A stretch of 27,321 bases of DNA, from UHGV virus genome UHGV-0288412. One strand, 5' to 3'. The notes under the pieces are model-generated. The model did not search any database. It was not told the DNA's origin and worked only from the letters and a program-made list of their open reading frames with translations. A program made the translations under genes and the position numbers. Shown in pieces: positions 7,847 to 16,636 of this stretch; the stretch's first letter is position 1; every line of letters begins with the position of its first letter. Source of the stretch: a virus.

Positions 7847-10273
7847 TTACATCTTACGACGCTGAACGTCTTCTATCGCCTGAGCAACAAACTTAGCGTG
7901 ACGTTTGATAGCATCCATGACCATCTTGTCTGAGCTATTAACGTTGCCGTTAATGTTCAAAGGCGCATTAACTTCAATCGGCTGAGAGTTGCCACCTGAT
8001 TTTTGAGCAGCAAGGAAGTCTTTCAAATCACCGTTAGTACGCTGATCAACTACTCGTTCACCCTTATCAAGCAACCATGTACCCTCACGCGGGATGTTAT
8101 CGATACCATCATGAGCCATACCGCTAACGTTAGTAGACTTGATGTTTGCGATGTTCCCCATGTTCTGAGAAACAGCCAATGCAGCAGCAGCGATCTTTTG
8201 TCCTGTGGTAACGTTGGTCGGATCGTTCCATGCATCGGTAGCAGCCGTCCACATGTTCACCGTCGCTTGTCCGATAGAGAATGCTTTATGAGCATTGAAA
8301 GCCATCTGCATAGCTTTAGTGTTTTCCTGCCCGAAGAGAGTCATTGCAGCAGCAAAACCGCCATACATATCATCGGCTATTGACTGTCGAGCATCAGCAT
8401 ATTTCTTCTCAATTGCAGCCATTCGTTTTTGATGGTTTTCATTGAGTTTTTCTAATGCTTCCATCCGTTTAGCCGGATCATTAATACCGTCAATCTTGAG
8501 TTTATCGGTCTTATAATCTTGTTCAGCATCCGATTTCTCTTTATCGATTGCATTAAATTTAGCAAACGGATTATTTGAGTCCTGATAGTCTAAGCTATTG
8601 GTCAACTGATTGGTTTTAAAACCATCCATTCCATGCAAAGAATCTTCAATCTGTGAATAACTTTGTTCGGTATCATTCACACGGCGCATATATTCTTCGT
8701 AGGAGATAGCCTTACCATCAAGTAACCGTTTATGGCTTTCTAACTCATTGTCCCTGATTTGTTGCAATTGTGTTAAAGCATTCAGAGCATCAACCGGATC
8801 AGCACCTAAGATCATTTTGTATACGTTTTCAGTATTCTGATCGATTAAGGATTGGCGTTTCGCGGCTGCGTCTTGCTGAGAGATTAAGCCCAGATCTAAA
8901 GCAGTATCCAAATCTTTCAAGCTGGCTTCTAACTGCTTGTTTTGAGAAGCAATAGACGCGGCGACTTGCCCTTGCAATTTAACATCAAGTGCATTCAGTC
9001 GCTTGATTGCATCCTCACGTTCTTTCTGTGCTTTTTCTGCGGCTTCCTTAGCCTTTTTAGCTGCCTCTTCCGCTTTCTTGCGCGCTTCTTCCTCGGCTTT
9101 CTTCTCGTTGCCAGACTTACCCAATGAAGCTGGTCGAGTTGGTGTAGTCGGGATAGTCAAATCACGGTTAGGATCTGCCTTGCGGGTTAGATGTTCCCCG
9201 TTATCGACAACAATCAGAGAGCCATTTTTCTTATAAGAATCACCAAAACGTTTCTTAAATCCTTCAACATCAAAGCCAGCAGTACGAGGATCGACACCAG
9301 CACCACGGATCGCGGCCTTTTCCCAATCTGCCAGATTATTCCAACGCTTTTCTTTATTGTACTTGTCAATAATCTTTTGAGCGTCTTTATGGTTGGTGTT
9401 AAGAATACCACCAGTTGCGGTCTTGCCTTCTTTATTCAGTCGATCTAATGCCCTGAATAGAGAACTCTTTTCCCAATCAATATTAAACCAGTCAAATAGC
9501 CAGTTTAAGCTATCAACCAAAGGACCAGTAATGGTCATGCCGACACCTTTCAGGTTATTTTCCAGCTTATTAATATTCTGAGAAAATTTATCATATTTTT
9601 TAGCGTTTTCTTCGGTGACGTTAACAGATTGATTCTGAATAGCGATCATCGCCTCTTGAGCACTATTATATTTCTCAAGCTGGCTGGTCATATGGCTTGA
9701 ATCACTGGATAAAGATTCCATCATGAACTTGATTTCAGCCATTGATTTTCCGGCTTTCTTCATGTCATAGAACACTTGGATCGCCGCTTTCATACCACCT
9801 TGCGGATCTGTCATGAAGTGAGCATAGTTTTCTAACTTAAGACCAACCGATTCTAAGTCATCAGCAATACCACCACCGTTAGCCCATGCATCACCCATTT
9901 TATCTAAGGTGTCTTTGTTGATATCACCAAATTTTTCAACTGTTAGGCCAGTGCCAGAAAATTCCTTTTCCAGTCTTTGAAGGGATTCAATCGAGAGTCC
10001 GGTCGCCTTAGATACTTCTGAATACTGTTTAACGTATTCCGCACCAGCTTTAGCGGCTGCAACCACTGCGGTCGCAACTAAGCCGATACCACCAGCAGCC
10101 AAACCAGCAGAGCCAGCGATCCCACGAAGAGATCCAGTCAAACCAGACAAGCCACCACCAAAATCAATACCACTTGCCTTTTCAGACAAACTATCGAGAA
10201 GGTCGGCGGCTTCACTGGTACTTCTCCTTAGACCTTTATTATCCCCTTCTATTGTTACTATATGTTTTGTCAT
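7847..10273 (-). CDS. Tail tape measure protein (808 aa)
   Basis: Long, Ala/Gly-rich N-terminus with Gly-rich hydrophobic stretch, extended charged coiled-coil segments (AEEEARKKAEEAAKKAKEAAEKAQKERE); lies immediately after the G/T chaperone pair. Confidence 0.8.
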   Translation of the reverse strand: MTKHIVTIEGDNKGLRRSTSEAADLLDSLSEKASGIDFGGGLSGLTGSLRGIAGSAGLAAGGIGLVATAVVAAAKAGAEYVKQYSEVSKATGLSIESLQRLEKEFSGTGLTVEKFGDINKDTLDKMGDAWANGGGIADDLESVGLKLENYAHFMTDPQGGMKAAIQVFYDMKKAGKSMAEIKFMMESLSSDSSHMTSQLEKYNSAQEAMIAIQNQSVNVTEENAKKYDKFSQNINKLENNLKGVGMTITGPLVDSLNWLFDWFNIDWEKSSLFRALDRLNKEGKTATGGILNTNHKDAQKIIDKYNKEKRWNNLADWEKAAIRGAGVDPRTAGFDVEGFKKRFGDSYKKNGSLIVVDNGEHLTRKADPNRDLTIPTTPTRPASLGKSGNEKKAEEEARKKAEEAAKKAKEAAEKAQKEREDAIKRLNALDVKLQGQVAASIASQNKQLEASLKDLDTALDLGLISQQDAAAKRQSLIDQNTENVYKMILGADPVDALNALTQLQQIRDNELESHKRLLDGKAISYEEYMRRVNDTEQSYSQIEDSLHGMDGFKTNQLTNSLDYQDSNNPFAKFNAIDKEKSDAEQDYKTDKLKIDGINDPAKRMEALEKLNENHQKRMAAIEKKYADARQSIADDMYGGFAAAMTLFGQENTKAMQMAFNAHKAFSIGQATVNMWTAATDAWNDPTNVTTGQKIAAAALAVSQNMGNIANIKSTNVSGMAHDGIDNIPREGTWLLDKGERVVDQRTNGDLKDFLAAQKSGGNSQPIEVNAPLNINGNVNSSDKMVMDAIKRHAKFVAQAIEDVQRRKM

Positions 10274-10276
10274 AAA

Positions 10277-10627
10277 TTACCCCGTTTGTGCGCTTCTGAG
10301 TTTCTCAAGCAAAGATGGATCGAACATGCTCAATGTTGCAGCTTTACGTTCTTCTTCTTTCTTGCGTGCAAGTTCTTCCATTTCTTCTTTAGTTTTAAAG
10401 AGTTTTTCTTCTCTAATTAACTGGAATTGGCTAGGCTTGAGTTTCTTTGCAGTTTCGCGTGTCATTCCTTGCGACGTCATATACATGGAATATTGCAACA
10501 TCGCATTCTGCATATCATGAAACGCGGGGCTTTGTGGTTCTAAGTAGGTGTCGAAAATGTATAATTTCCAAAACAGAGTGATTGGCATATTATCCATTTC
10601 ATCTTTACTAAGCCCCGATCTCATCAT
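10277..10627 (-). CDS. Tail assembly chaperone, T segment (expressed as a G-T fusion by -1 frameshift)
   Basis: ORF is in the -1 frame relative to the G-like ORF and stays open upstream to 10672, overlapping the last 5 codons of G; gene order matches lambda G/G-T/H. Confidence 0.55.
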   Translation of the reverse strand: MMRSGLSKDEMDNMPITLFWKLYIFDTYLEPQSPAFHDMQNAMLQYSMYMTSQGMTRETAKKLKPSQFQLIREEKLFKTKEEMEELARKKEEERKAATLSMFDPSLLEKLRSAQTG

Positions 10628-10656
10628 TTGCCGGAAATAGAAATTCAGAAGCGGGT

Positions 10657-10663
10657 TTACTTT
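10657..10663 (-). promoter_or_regulatory. Candidate -1 frameshift site A-AAG-UAA at the end of the G-like gene
   Basis: Minus strand reads GAG GUA AAG UAA; tRNA-Lys on AAG can re-pair on AAA in the -1 frame, and the following stop would slow the A site; the -1 frame then continues VNPLLNFYFRQMMRSG... into the T ORF. Confidence 0.45.
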
Positions 10664-10965
10664 ACCTCGTTTTCAATTACTGCCGGATCTTGCATCAATG
10701 ATGCTTGAGCAACCAAACCGATTAATTCACTGCGGACGTTAGTATACAGTGCCTTAACTTGTTCCATAGATTCAAATACTGGCTTACCGTCTTCATCTTC
10801 AATACAACGAAGAATCGAACGTTCATCACGGTCATCTTTATCGGTATTGAAAACATGTTCGTTAAATTCTTTTACTGACATAGGGCGAGCATAGAAAGTG
10901 AATCCACCGATGGTCAGAGATTCACGTTTCGGAGAAAGAGCTTTCAGCATTTCATTAATATTCAT
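10657..10965 (-). CDS. Tail assembly chaperone, gpG-like (102 aa)
   Basis: Small acidic protein immediately upstream of the T segment and tape measure gene; ends ...ENEVK-UAA. Confidence 0.55.
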   Translation of the reverse strand: MNINEMLKALSPKRESLTIGGFTFYARPMSVKEFNEHVFNTDKDDRDERSILRCIEDEDGKPVFESMEQVKALYTNVRSELIGLVAQASLMQDPAVIENEVK

Positions 10966-11007
10966 TCTTGTTTCCTCTTAAGTTAATTCGATATGTTTAT
11001 TTAGAAT

Positions 11008-11514
11008 TTAAGAGATTTTCAAAGTCTGCTTAGTGCCAGTCTTCTTAATGTTGGTAAGGAAAGCAGCCGGAGGATTGCTTAACCAATAGTAATGAAAACC
11101 ACTTTGCATACTGTTATAAGGAACAGTGACAGCAGCACCACCCAAATTAACGGTTATATTCCCCGCTCTACCGTTCTGGAGATATACAGCCATAGTAGGA
11201 GTACCGCCATTGAATTGACCAACGATAACGCCAATCAGACGCCCTACGCCCACGTTTTCGGGGTTCTCCATAGATCCTTTACCGCGCATGTCAGTTACTG
11301 GATAGTTTGAAGCAGTTACACCCCAGTTATTACCCAATGAAGTAGACCACGCAGCAGTAGCTACAACCGTATCCATACCACGACCACACATCGCACTCAT
11401 GTTAGCTGGGCGACTAACCTTTAATGCGTTCATTGCTGCGCTCATCCATCGTTGACCAGTTACAGAAACAGCAGATGACCCGACCCAGCCAGGCTTATTA
11501 ACGACATTCGCCAT
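11008..11514 (-). CDS. Hypothetical Gly/Ala-rich protein (168 aa), probably tail-associated
   Basis: Clean ORF with GGAG Shine-Dalgarno, between the upstream terminator and the G-like gene; no motif recognised. Confidence 0.4.
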   Translation of the reverse strand: MANVVNKPGWVGSSAVSVTGQRWMSAAMNALKVSRPANMSAMCGRGMDTVVATAAWSTSLGNNWGVTASNYPVTDMRGKGSMENPENVGVGRLIGVIVGQFNGGTPTMAVYLQNGRAGNITVNLGGAAVTVPYNSMQSGFHYYWLSNPPAAFLTNIKKTGTKQTLKIS

Positions 11515-11527
11515 TTTGATTACTCCA

Positions 11528-11558
11528 ATAAAAAAGCCCCACCATTAAGGCAGGGCTT
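11528..11558 (-). terminator. Rho-independent terminator (copy A)
   Basis: Minus strand AAGCCCUGCC-UUAAU-GGUGGGGCUU followed by UUUUUU; a 10-bp stem with two G-U pairs. Near-identical to the terminator at 17364-17390. Confidence 0.7.
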
Positions 11559-11562
11559 ATAA

Positions 11563-11688
11563 TTAATCTTTAGCCTTGCGGCCTCGTTTTGCTGTGGCTT
11601 TCGCCGTAACTTCTTCTACTTCTGGAATCACCACCGCTTCATGTTCCGGCAGTGGTTCCGGTTCTGGTAAAGGAAGTTCTTCGTTAGT
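11563..11688 (-). other. In-frame 41-codon extension after the UGA stop of the 157-aa gene (candidate readthrough product)
   Basis: After UGA (11689-11691) the same frame reads TNEELPLPEPEPLPEHEAVVIPEVEEVTAKATAKRGRKAKD before UAA at 11563-11565; verified codon by codon. Confidence 0.55.
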
Positions 11689-12162
11689 TCATCCAGCGGT
11701 AAACACTTCCTGTTTCAGCGGAGCACCATCAACGGCAAAGGTAAACTCTTTAGTTACCACTTCTTCATCGCCACCGTTCATAGCAACTTTAGAAATGAAG
11801 CCGTTGTAAGCAATGCGAATACCAGTCTGTTTTCCGGCGTCAACATAATACTCTACTTTGATCTGGCAGCGAGTGCCGTCTTCGGCAGCTTTTGCGAGCT
11901 TCTCGTGTACCGCATCACCTGGGATGTAGTTAACGGTCAGAGTCAGATCTTCAACGTTCAGTTTACCAACCAGCTTACGGTTATACTGAGAAGAATACGA
12001 TTTGACTTCTACCGTACCGCGAGACAGTGAATATTCAGGAAAACCAGCACACTCTTTAATTTCTTCGTATGCTTCATCGGCAAGGTCGGTGTTAGTGGTA
12101 TCGGCGTGATAGAACAGACTTACCAGACCACCAGTAAAAATATCTTTGAATTGCTGAGACAT
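11689..12162 (-). CDS. Structural protein, possibly tail-tube-like (157 aa), ending at UGA
   Basis: Follows the fibre gene; pattern VGKLNVEDLTLTVNYIPGD...QIKVEY loosely resembles the core of the V-like protein at 15794-16627; ends VFTAG-UGA in the context GCUGGAUGAACUAAC. Confidence 0.45.
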   Translation of the reverse strand: MSQQFKDIFTGGLVSLFYHADTTNTDLADEAYEEIKECAGFPEYSLSRGTVEVKSYSSQYNRKLVGKLNVEDLTLTVNYIPGDAVHEKLAKAAEDGTRCQIKVEYYVDAGKQTGIRIAYNGFISKVAMNGGDEEVVTKEFTFAVDGAPLKQEVFTAG

Positions 12163-12219
12163 AGAATTACCCCTTAATTAAAATTGTTTATAACGGGGGA
12201 ACTAGTCCCCCGACTTTTA

Positions 12220-12561
12220 TTATTTAGTTGCTTTCAGTTCGGCAATTTCTTTCTGTAATGCTTCGATCTGTGCTTTATATTTGGCGTCCATTTCCTGCAT
12301 AGCCTTGATGATTAAAGCATTGACAGCAGAGTTAGAAATAGTCTTGATTGCTTCTGGATTTTCTGGATCATCGGTGGATTGAATACCTACTGCTTCCGGC
12401 AATACTTCTTCCAGATCCTGAGCAATAATACCTACTTCGCGTTTAATCACACTACGGTCTTTAAGAGATTTAACTTTATCGTAGGTGTAGACTTTCAGTG
12501 AGTTTACTTTCTCTAATGCGCCGTCCTGTAATTCTTCCTTGTTAATTTTCAAACGGGAGTC
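12220..12561 (-). other. Intramolecular chaperone domain of the tail fibre; predicted autocleavage at the S/D junction in RSDSRLK
   Basis: Conserved S-D-x-R-L-K-x-N motif at residues ~1052-1059, followed by a coiled-coil C-terminus (AQIEALQKEIAELK). Confidence 0.6.
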
Positions 12562-15500
12562 AGAGCGAATGTAAACATCGTTAAAGCTACCGTTACGACC
12601 TGCGGTAAAGTCACCAGCAGCGTTAAAGTCAAAGTTAGTATCATGAACATGGAGACGAACAAGAGCGTTACCGATAGTACCGCTAGGAACATGCACACCC
12701 ATTGCTGCAATGTGATATTTACCTTGATGGGTTGCTTTCCAGATGTTATGAGCGGAATCGGTTGATTGCTGGCAGTCGACCTGAATACCGGAAGCACGAT
12801 CACGCCAGCTAGCCCAACTACCACCAGCAACGCTACCACGAATAAGACCATTACCGCCACCGGATACAGTGCCCGTTTCAAGGTGAATCATCTTACCGCC
12901 GAATTTCCAGACTTCGGCTTGTTTCTCACCGCGCATACGCATAACACCAGCATCATCGCAGTACAACAGACCCAACTCTAAGCCGTTTGGATCTCTAAAC
13001 CATAAATGCTTGTTACCGCTTCGTTTAAATTCAATATCAGCACCGTTGATAGTGATATTACCGCCAGTGTGAATTGCTTTAGGCTTAACAGTACCGTTAA
13101 TGGAAAACTCGATTAATTCAGTACCCGGACCACCCGGTCGTTGTGTGTACCAGTGCCAACCGCTTTCATCAGCGCATTCGAATACTTGTTTACGAGCATC
13201 AGCACCCCATGCACGAATATTAAACGTTGATGTGGCGGTCCCCTTACCCCAACGAATTTGTCCAGCAGCTTCCAAATCACCGAAGAATTTAGTTTTAATC
13301 GCACCAGTTGCTAAAGTACGTTCAGTGGTGAAGTGTGCACCTTTGCTATCGTCAAGCTGTAGGATGTTATCACGAGCGTTATTACTATCGCCCCAATGGT
13401 TAAACCGGAAATAATCACGAGAATTTAATCGTCCAGCATCAAAGGTTAACATCCCATTACCGACATAAATGTCACCCGCAAAACGAGCAGCACGGCTATC
13501 TCTTTCGAGAACTAATGCACCTTCGTTACCATCACCACCTAACGTAACTTTACCCGTTGACAGGTCGTAAATGAATGGTCGGTTGCCGTTCCAACCACCA
13601 AATTTATCGTTTTCAGCAGTAGACAACAAATATACTTTTTGACCATCATTACGCCAGAATGCACCGTAGTTACCATAGATCATACGGAATGCGTTAGCGT
13701 ATGCAGCAACATATTCGCCGTTGGTGTATACAATTTTTGTTTTGCCAGTGGATAATGAAACCTGACCGTTCTCATCTAGACGTAATGAGTTATTACCTTC
13801 GGTTAATTCGTTTACTAGCTGCAACGTGTTAGTAGTTCCATCACCATAGCCTAGATAACCTTGACGGCGGTTAGCACCACTACGATAATCCATAAACTCC
13901 ATGTAGTTGCTTTGTCCGGTGCGTCGTTCCATTCGGATAGCATTATTGCCCTTAGTGAAAAGACGAACAACGGAAGTTCCGTTAGAGTCAATTCTTAATT
14001 TCTCGTCGGCATCAGTAGTACCCGTTGCTAGGCGATAGGTGCTACCTTCAACAGTTTCATGCCATATGGTCTCTACGGCTTGGCTACGGAATTTACGCAG
14101 ATATTTTTTAGCGCGTTCTTGTGTATTACTCAAACTTACAATATCGTAAGTTGCTTGTGAGTTATTATCAAAAGACAGAGTACCGCGTTTATTTTCAGTG
14201 TTAAACAGAGTAATAACTCGACCTTCGTTAACACCAGTAGACGGTTTAACGAGAGTTAATTCAGGCGTATCATACACATTTAAAGTCACATCAGCACTTT
14301 TACCGTACTCTACAGTTACTTTATCGGTATATTTGCGATATTTCACGTATACATCATAGTTATCGCCAGAAGTATTGACCGCAAAGGTTTCAAATTCATT
14401 ATTAGTATTTCGACGATAAGCTACAACGTTTACACCTTTCGGGTTTCCATTACCGGAACGGATAACAATTTCTACAATATCACACTGATCAGGACTATTA
14501 ACGTTATAACCATTCCCACCGAAAATACGGATGAAAAAGCCTCGACCACCTTGTGGAATTGTTGCCGTTGCCAGTTTAAAGTAACCAGCCGCATTTTCAC
14601 CAGTTGACATATGAACGGGTTTAGTGAACATCTGATCAACTTCGGCTTTACTATACACACCCAATTCAGTCGGAGTCGGCTTATCACCTTCGTGATACAT
14701 GCGGTAGCTGAATCGCTTATTACCATCTTTATCAAAGCCATAGGTTTTAACTTGAGATGAGCTAGACCCATAGTGGAACTCAAAACCGCGACCGTGTGCT
14801 TTACCGCCAGAATGAGGAATGTTAAGGATTAAGTTACCCCAACCTTCGGCATTGTTTGGACGGAATGCACCAAAATAATCAAGGTTACGAGCACCAGCAT
14901 CATCAAAATAGTTAGCTGTTTTGGTTAACAGATAGCCGTGATGGTAAGTGTTGGTATTCTTCTTGATGTAAGCAGCATCGGCACTACCTTCAATCGAATC
15001 AATTCGCTGGTTAGCTGCGGCAATTGCGGCATCAGTAGAAGATTTATTCTGGTCTACCTTGTTGTTAATTGCGGTATGGTTGCTATTAACAGTGCCAGTA
15101 AGATTGGTGATCTTCGTGTCGGCATCGCGTTTATTATTTGCTACGGTCGTTTCTATGGCTGATTTATTTGCTGCGACAGTATTCGTTAAGTTGGTAACGT
15201 TGGTATTAGTCTGATCAACTCGCGCATTAATATCTGTCTTGTTCTTGTTAATTGTCGCGTTGATAGTATCGCGGGTTGAAGTAATAGTCTGATTCAGTTC
15301 AGTCTTAGCAGCCGCCAGAGCGTTAGCCGCTTCGGTTTTATTGTTACCTACTGTGGTAGTCAAAGCATCAATTCGTTTGTTGGCTGCGTTATCTCCAGCA
15401 GTGATTGAAGCATTGAGAGTATCACGGGTAGAAGTGATAGTCTGATTCAGTTCAGCTTTAGCACTAGCCAGATTATCAGCGGCTTCTTGTTTGTTGGAAG

Positions 15501-15717
15501 CAATAACACGGTCAGTGTTGGTTTTGTTATTGTCTACTTTCGTATTCAGTTCAGCGTGTTTTTCTGGAGAAACACTAATTTGAACTACTGCGTTATTTTT
15601 ATCTTTGGTATACAGAACGTGATCAGCAAGGTTAATAGCCAATTCACCCTGTGATAATTGTTCCGGCGTTGGTTTTTTACCAGCCGTCTGTGTGCGTTTA
15701 AATTGGATTGATTGCAT
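12220..15717 (-). CDS. Long tail fibre with C-terminal intramolecular chaperone (S74-type autoproteolytic domain), 1165 aa
   Basis: N-terminus QFKRTQTAGKKPTPEQLSQGELAINLADHVLY is a recurrent fibre N-terminal motif; long N/T/A-rich coiled-coil region; C-terminal ~113 aa beginning SDSRLKINKEEL... matches the chaperone domain of T5 L-shaped fibre and endosialidases as I recall it. Confidence 0.8.
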   Translation of the reverse strand: MQSIQFKRTQTAGKKPTPEQLSQGELAINLADHVLYTKDKNNAVVQISVSPEKHAELNTKVDNNKTNTDRVIASNKQEAADNLASAKAELNQTITSTRDTLNASITAGDNAANKRIDALTTTVGNNKTEAANALAAAKTELNQTITSTRDTINATINKNKTDINARVDQTNTNVTNLTNTVAANKSAIETTVANNKRDADTKITNLTGTVNSNHTAINNKVDQNKSSTDAAIAAANQRIDSIEGSADAAYIKKNTNTYHHGYLLTKTANYFDDAGARNLDYFGAFRPNNAEGWGNLILNIPHSGGKAHGRGFEFHYGSSSSQVKTYGFDKDGNKRFSYRMYHEGDKPTPTELGVYSKAEVDQMFTKPVHMSTGENAAGYFKLATATIPQGGRGFFIRIFGGNGYNVNSPDQCDIVEIVIRSGNGNPKGVNVVAYRRNTNNEFETFAVNTSGDNYDVYVKYRKYTDKVTVEYGKSADVTLNVYDTPELTLVKPSTGVNEGRVITLFNTENKRGTLSFDNNSQATYDIVSLSNTQERAKKYLRKFRSQAVETIWHETVEGSTYRLATGTTDADEKLRIDSNGTSVVRLFTKGNNAIRMERRTGQSNYMEFMDYRSGANRRQGYLGYGDGTTNTLQLVNELTEGNNSLRLDENGQVSLSTGKTKIVYTNGEYVAAYANAFRMIYGNYGAFWRNDGQKVYLLSTAENDKFGGWNGNRPFIYDLSTGKVTLGGDGNEGALVLERDSRAARFAGDIYVGNGMLTFDAGRLNSRDYFRFNHWGDSNNARDNILQLDDSKGAHFTTERTLATGAIKTKFFGDLEAAGQIRWGKGTATSTFNIRAWGADARKQVFECADESGWHWYTQRPGGPGTELIEFSINGTVKPKAIHTGGNITINGADIEFKRSGNKHLWFRDPNGLELGLLYCDDAGVMRMRGEKQAEVWKFGGKMIHLETGTVSGGGNGLIRGSVAGGSWASWRDRASGIQVDCQQSTDSAHNIWKATHQGKYHIAAMGVHVPSGTIGNALVRLHVHDTNFDFNAAGDFTAGRNGSFNDVYIRSDSRLKINKEELQDGALEKVNSLKVYTYDKVKSLKDRSVIKREVGIIAQDLEEVLPEAVGIQSTDDPENPEAIKTISNSAVNALIIKAMQEMDAKYKAQIEALQKEIAELKATK
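15259..15472 (-). repeat. Imperfect direct repeat (~60 bp, two copies 154 bp apart) inside the fibre coiled-coil region
   Basis: gttgatagtatcgcgggttgaagtaatagtctgattcagttcag (15259-) against cattgagagtatcacgggtagaagtgatagtctgattcagttcag (15413-); encodes AELNQTITSTRDT(L/I)NA twice. Confidence 0.65.
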
Positions 15718-15748
15718 CTAGAATCACCTCACTATAAAACAGGAATAA

Positions 15749-15766
15749 GGGAGGCGTTAACCTCCC
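15749..15766 (-). promoter_or_regulatory. Intergenic hairpin between the V-like gene and the fibre gene (possible attenuator)
   Basis: GGGAGG-cgttaa-CCTCCC with a moderately U-rich 3' side on the minus strand; placed where tube-versus-fibre expression ratio could be set. Confidence 0.4.
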
Positions 15767-15793
15767 CGCGTCATGTTTTATTTAGGAAGTGAA

Positions 15794-16627
15794 TCAATAC
15801 TCCCCGAAATCGACTCTATCGGTCTTAGCTACTGCGCCAATTTCGCTAGGTGTCGGTTTCTCATTGGTGGAATATACCTTGATCCATTCAGAACGACCGT
15901 TTTCCTGAATATTTCGGACACGTAAACGCGGTGCGCCAGAAGTATTACAGGTTAATTGCCATGCGCCATGCTCATTAGCTTGAAGGTGAATTAATGATGT
16001 GTCGGTTGAATATGGATTACCGCTAGCAGTTCCCTTGTAAGTTACGAAACGGTTTCCGGCTAATGCCTCGCTATCAATCGGACCCGTGAATGGATTTACA
16101 CCAGCACCCAAACCAAAATCACCCTGACGTAAGATCCGGCCTTCGGTAGCAATACCCCTTGCCAAAATCCCGCCATCTGGTTCAAGTTTAAATTCCAGTG
16201 TTACAGCTTTGTTATCGCTACCACGGGTTTTATGTGATGTGACGTAAGCATCATAGATGACATAGTAACCAGTGTTAGCAGCACTATAGCCAGAGTTAAC
16301 AACATAGAACATACGGAAGCGTAAAGGTGTTTTATCCTCTACCGCTTTCATCAACAATGCTTGATGTTCGTCATCCAGAACACGGTTTAATGTGAGTGTT
16401 GTTGGTTCCAGTCTACGATAACCAGCAAGTTTCCCCGTAGCGTCCTGATCGTACTCTTCCAGAGTTTCAATCTCTGTGGATTCGGTTAGCGTAGGGAATG
16501 CTGCGACGTTCTCAATAGAACTAAAGCTAGGATCGAAAAAGTCCGGCTGGCTATCGACCATAGTAGACACGGAGACTTCAACATGCGACCCCGTAAAAAT
16601 ATCTAAGTTATCATGCGTAATATTCAT
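15794..16627 (-). CDS. Major tail tube protein, lambda gpV-like (277 aa)
   Basis: EEYDQDATGKLAGYRRLEPTTLTLNRVLDDEHQALLMKAVEDKTPLRFRMFYV parallels my recollection of lambda V (ESYDDS...TATGQ...FTLAW...[20 protein letters not shown]); follows the U-like gene; C-terminal extra domain ending KPTPSEIGAV. Confidence 0.6.
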   Translation of the reverse strand: MNITHDNLDIFTGSHVEVSVSTMVDSQPDFFDPSFSSIENVAAFPTLTESTEIETLEEYDQDATGKLAGYRRLEPTTLTLNRVLDDEHQALLMKAVEDKTPLRFRMFYVVNSGYSAANTGYYVIYDAYVTSHKTRGSDNKAVTLEFKLEPDGGILARGIATEGRILRQGDFGLGAGVNPFTGPIDSEALAGNRFVTYKGTASGNPYSTDTSLIHLQANEHGAWQLTCNTSGAPRLRVRNIQENGRSEWIKVYSTNEKPTPSEIGAVAKTDRVDFGEY

Positions 16628-16636
16628 TATTACCCC

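Noticed and set aside
11689-11691. Selenocysteine insertion at the UGA codons (here and at 17525-17527)
   Set aside because: No SECIS-like stem-loop directly downstream of either UGA (the nearest hairpins are terminators more than 120 nt away); readthrough by a near-cognate tRNA is the simpler explanation.
12549-12881. 110-aa minus-strand ORF inside the fibre gene in another frame
   Set aside because: Embedded in the fibre reading frame, hydrophobic low-complexity translation, no independent start signal.
15794-15796. UGA stop of the V-like gene as a third readthrough site
   Set aside because: The downstream frame hits UAA after three codons (F-T-S), so no meaningful extension exists.
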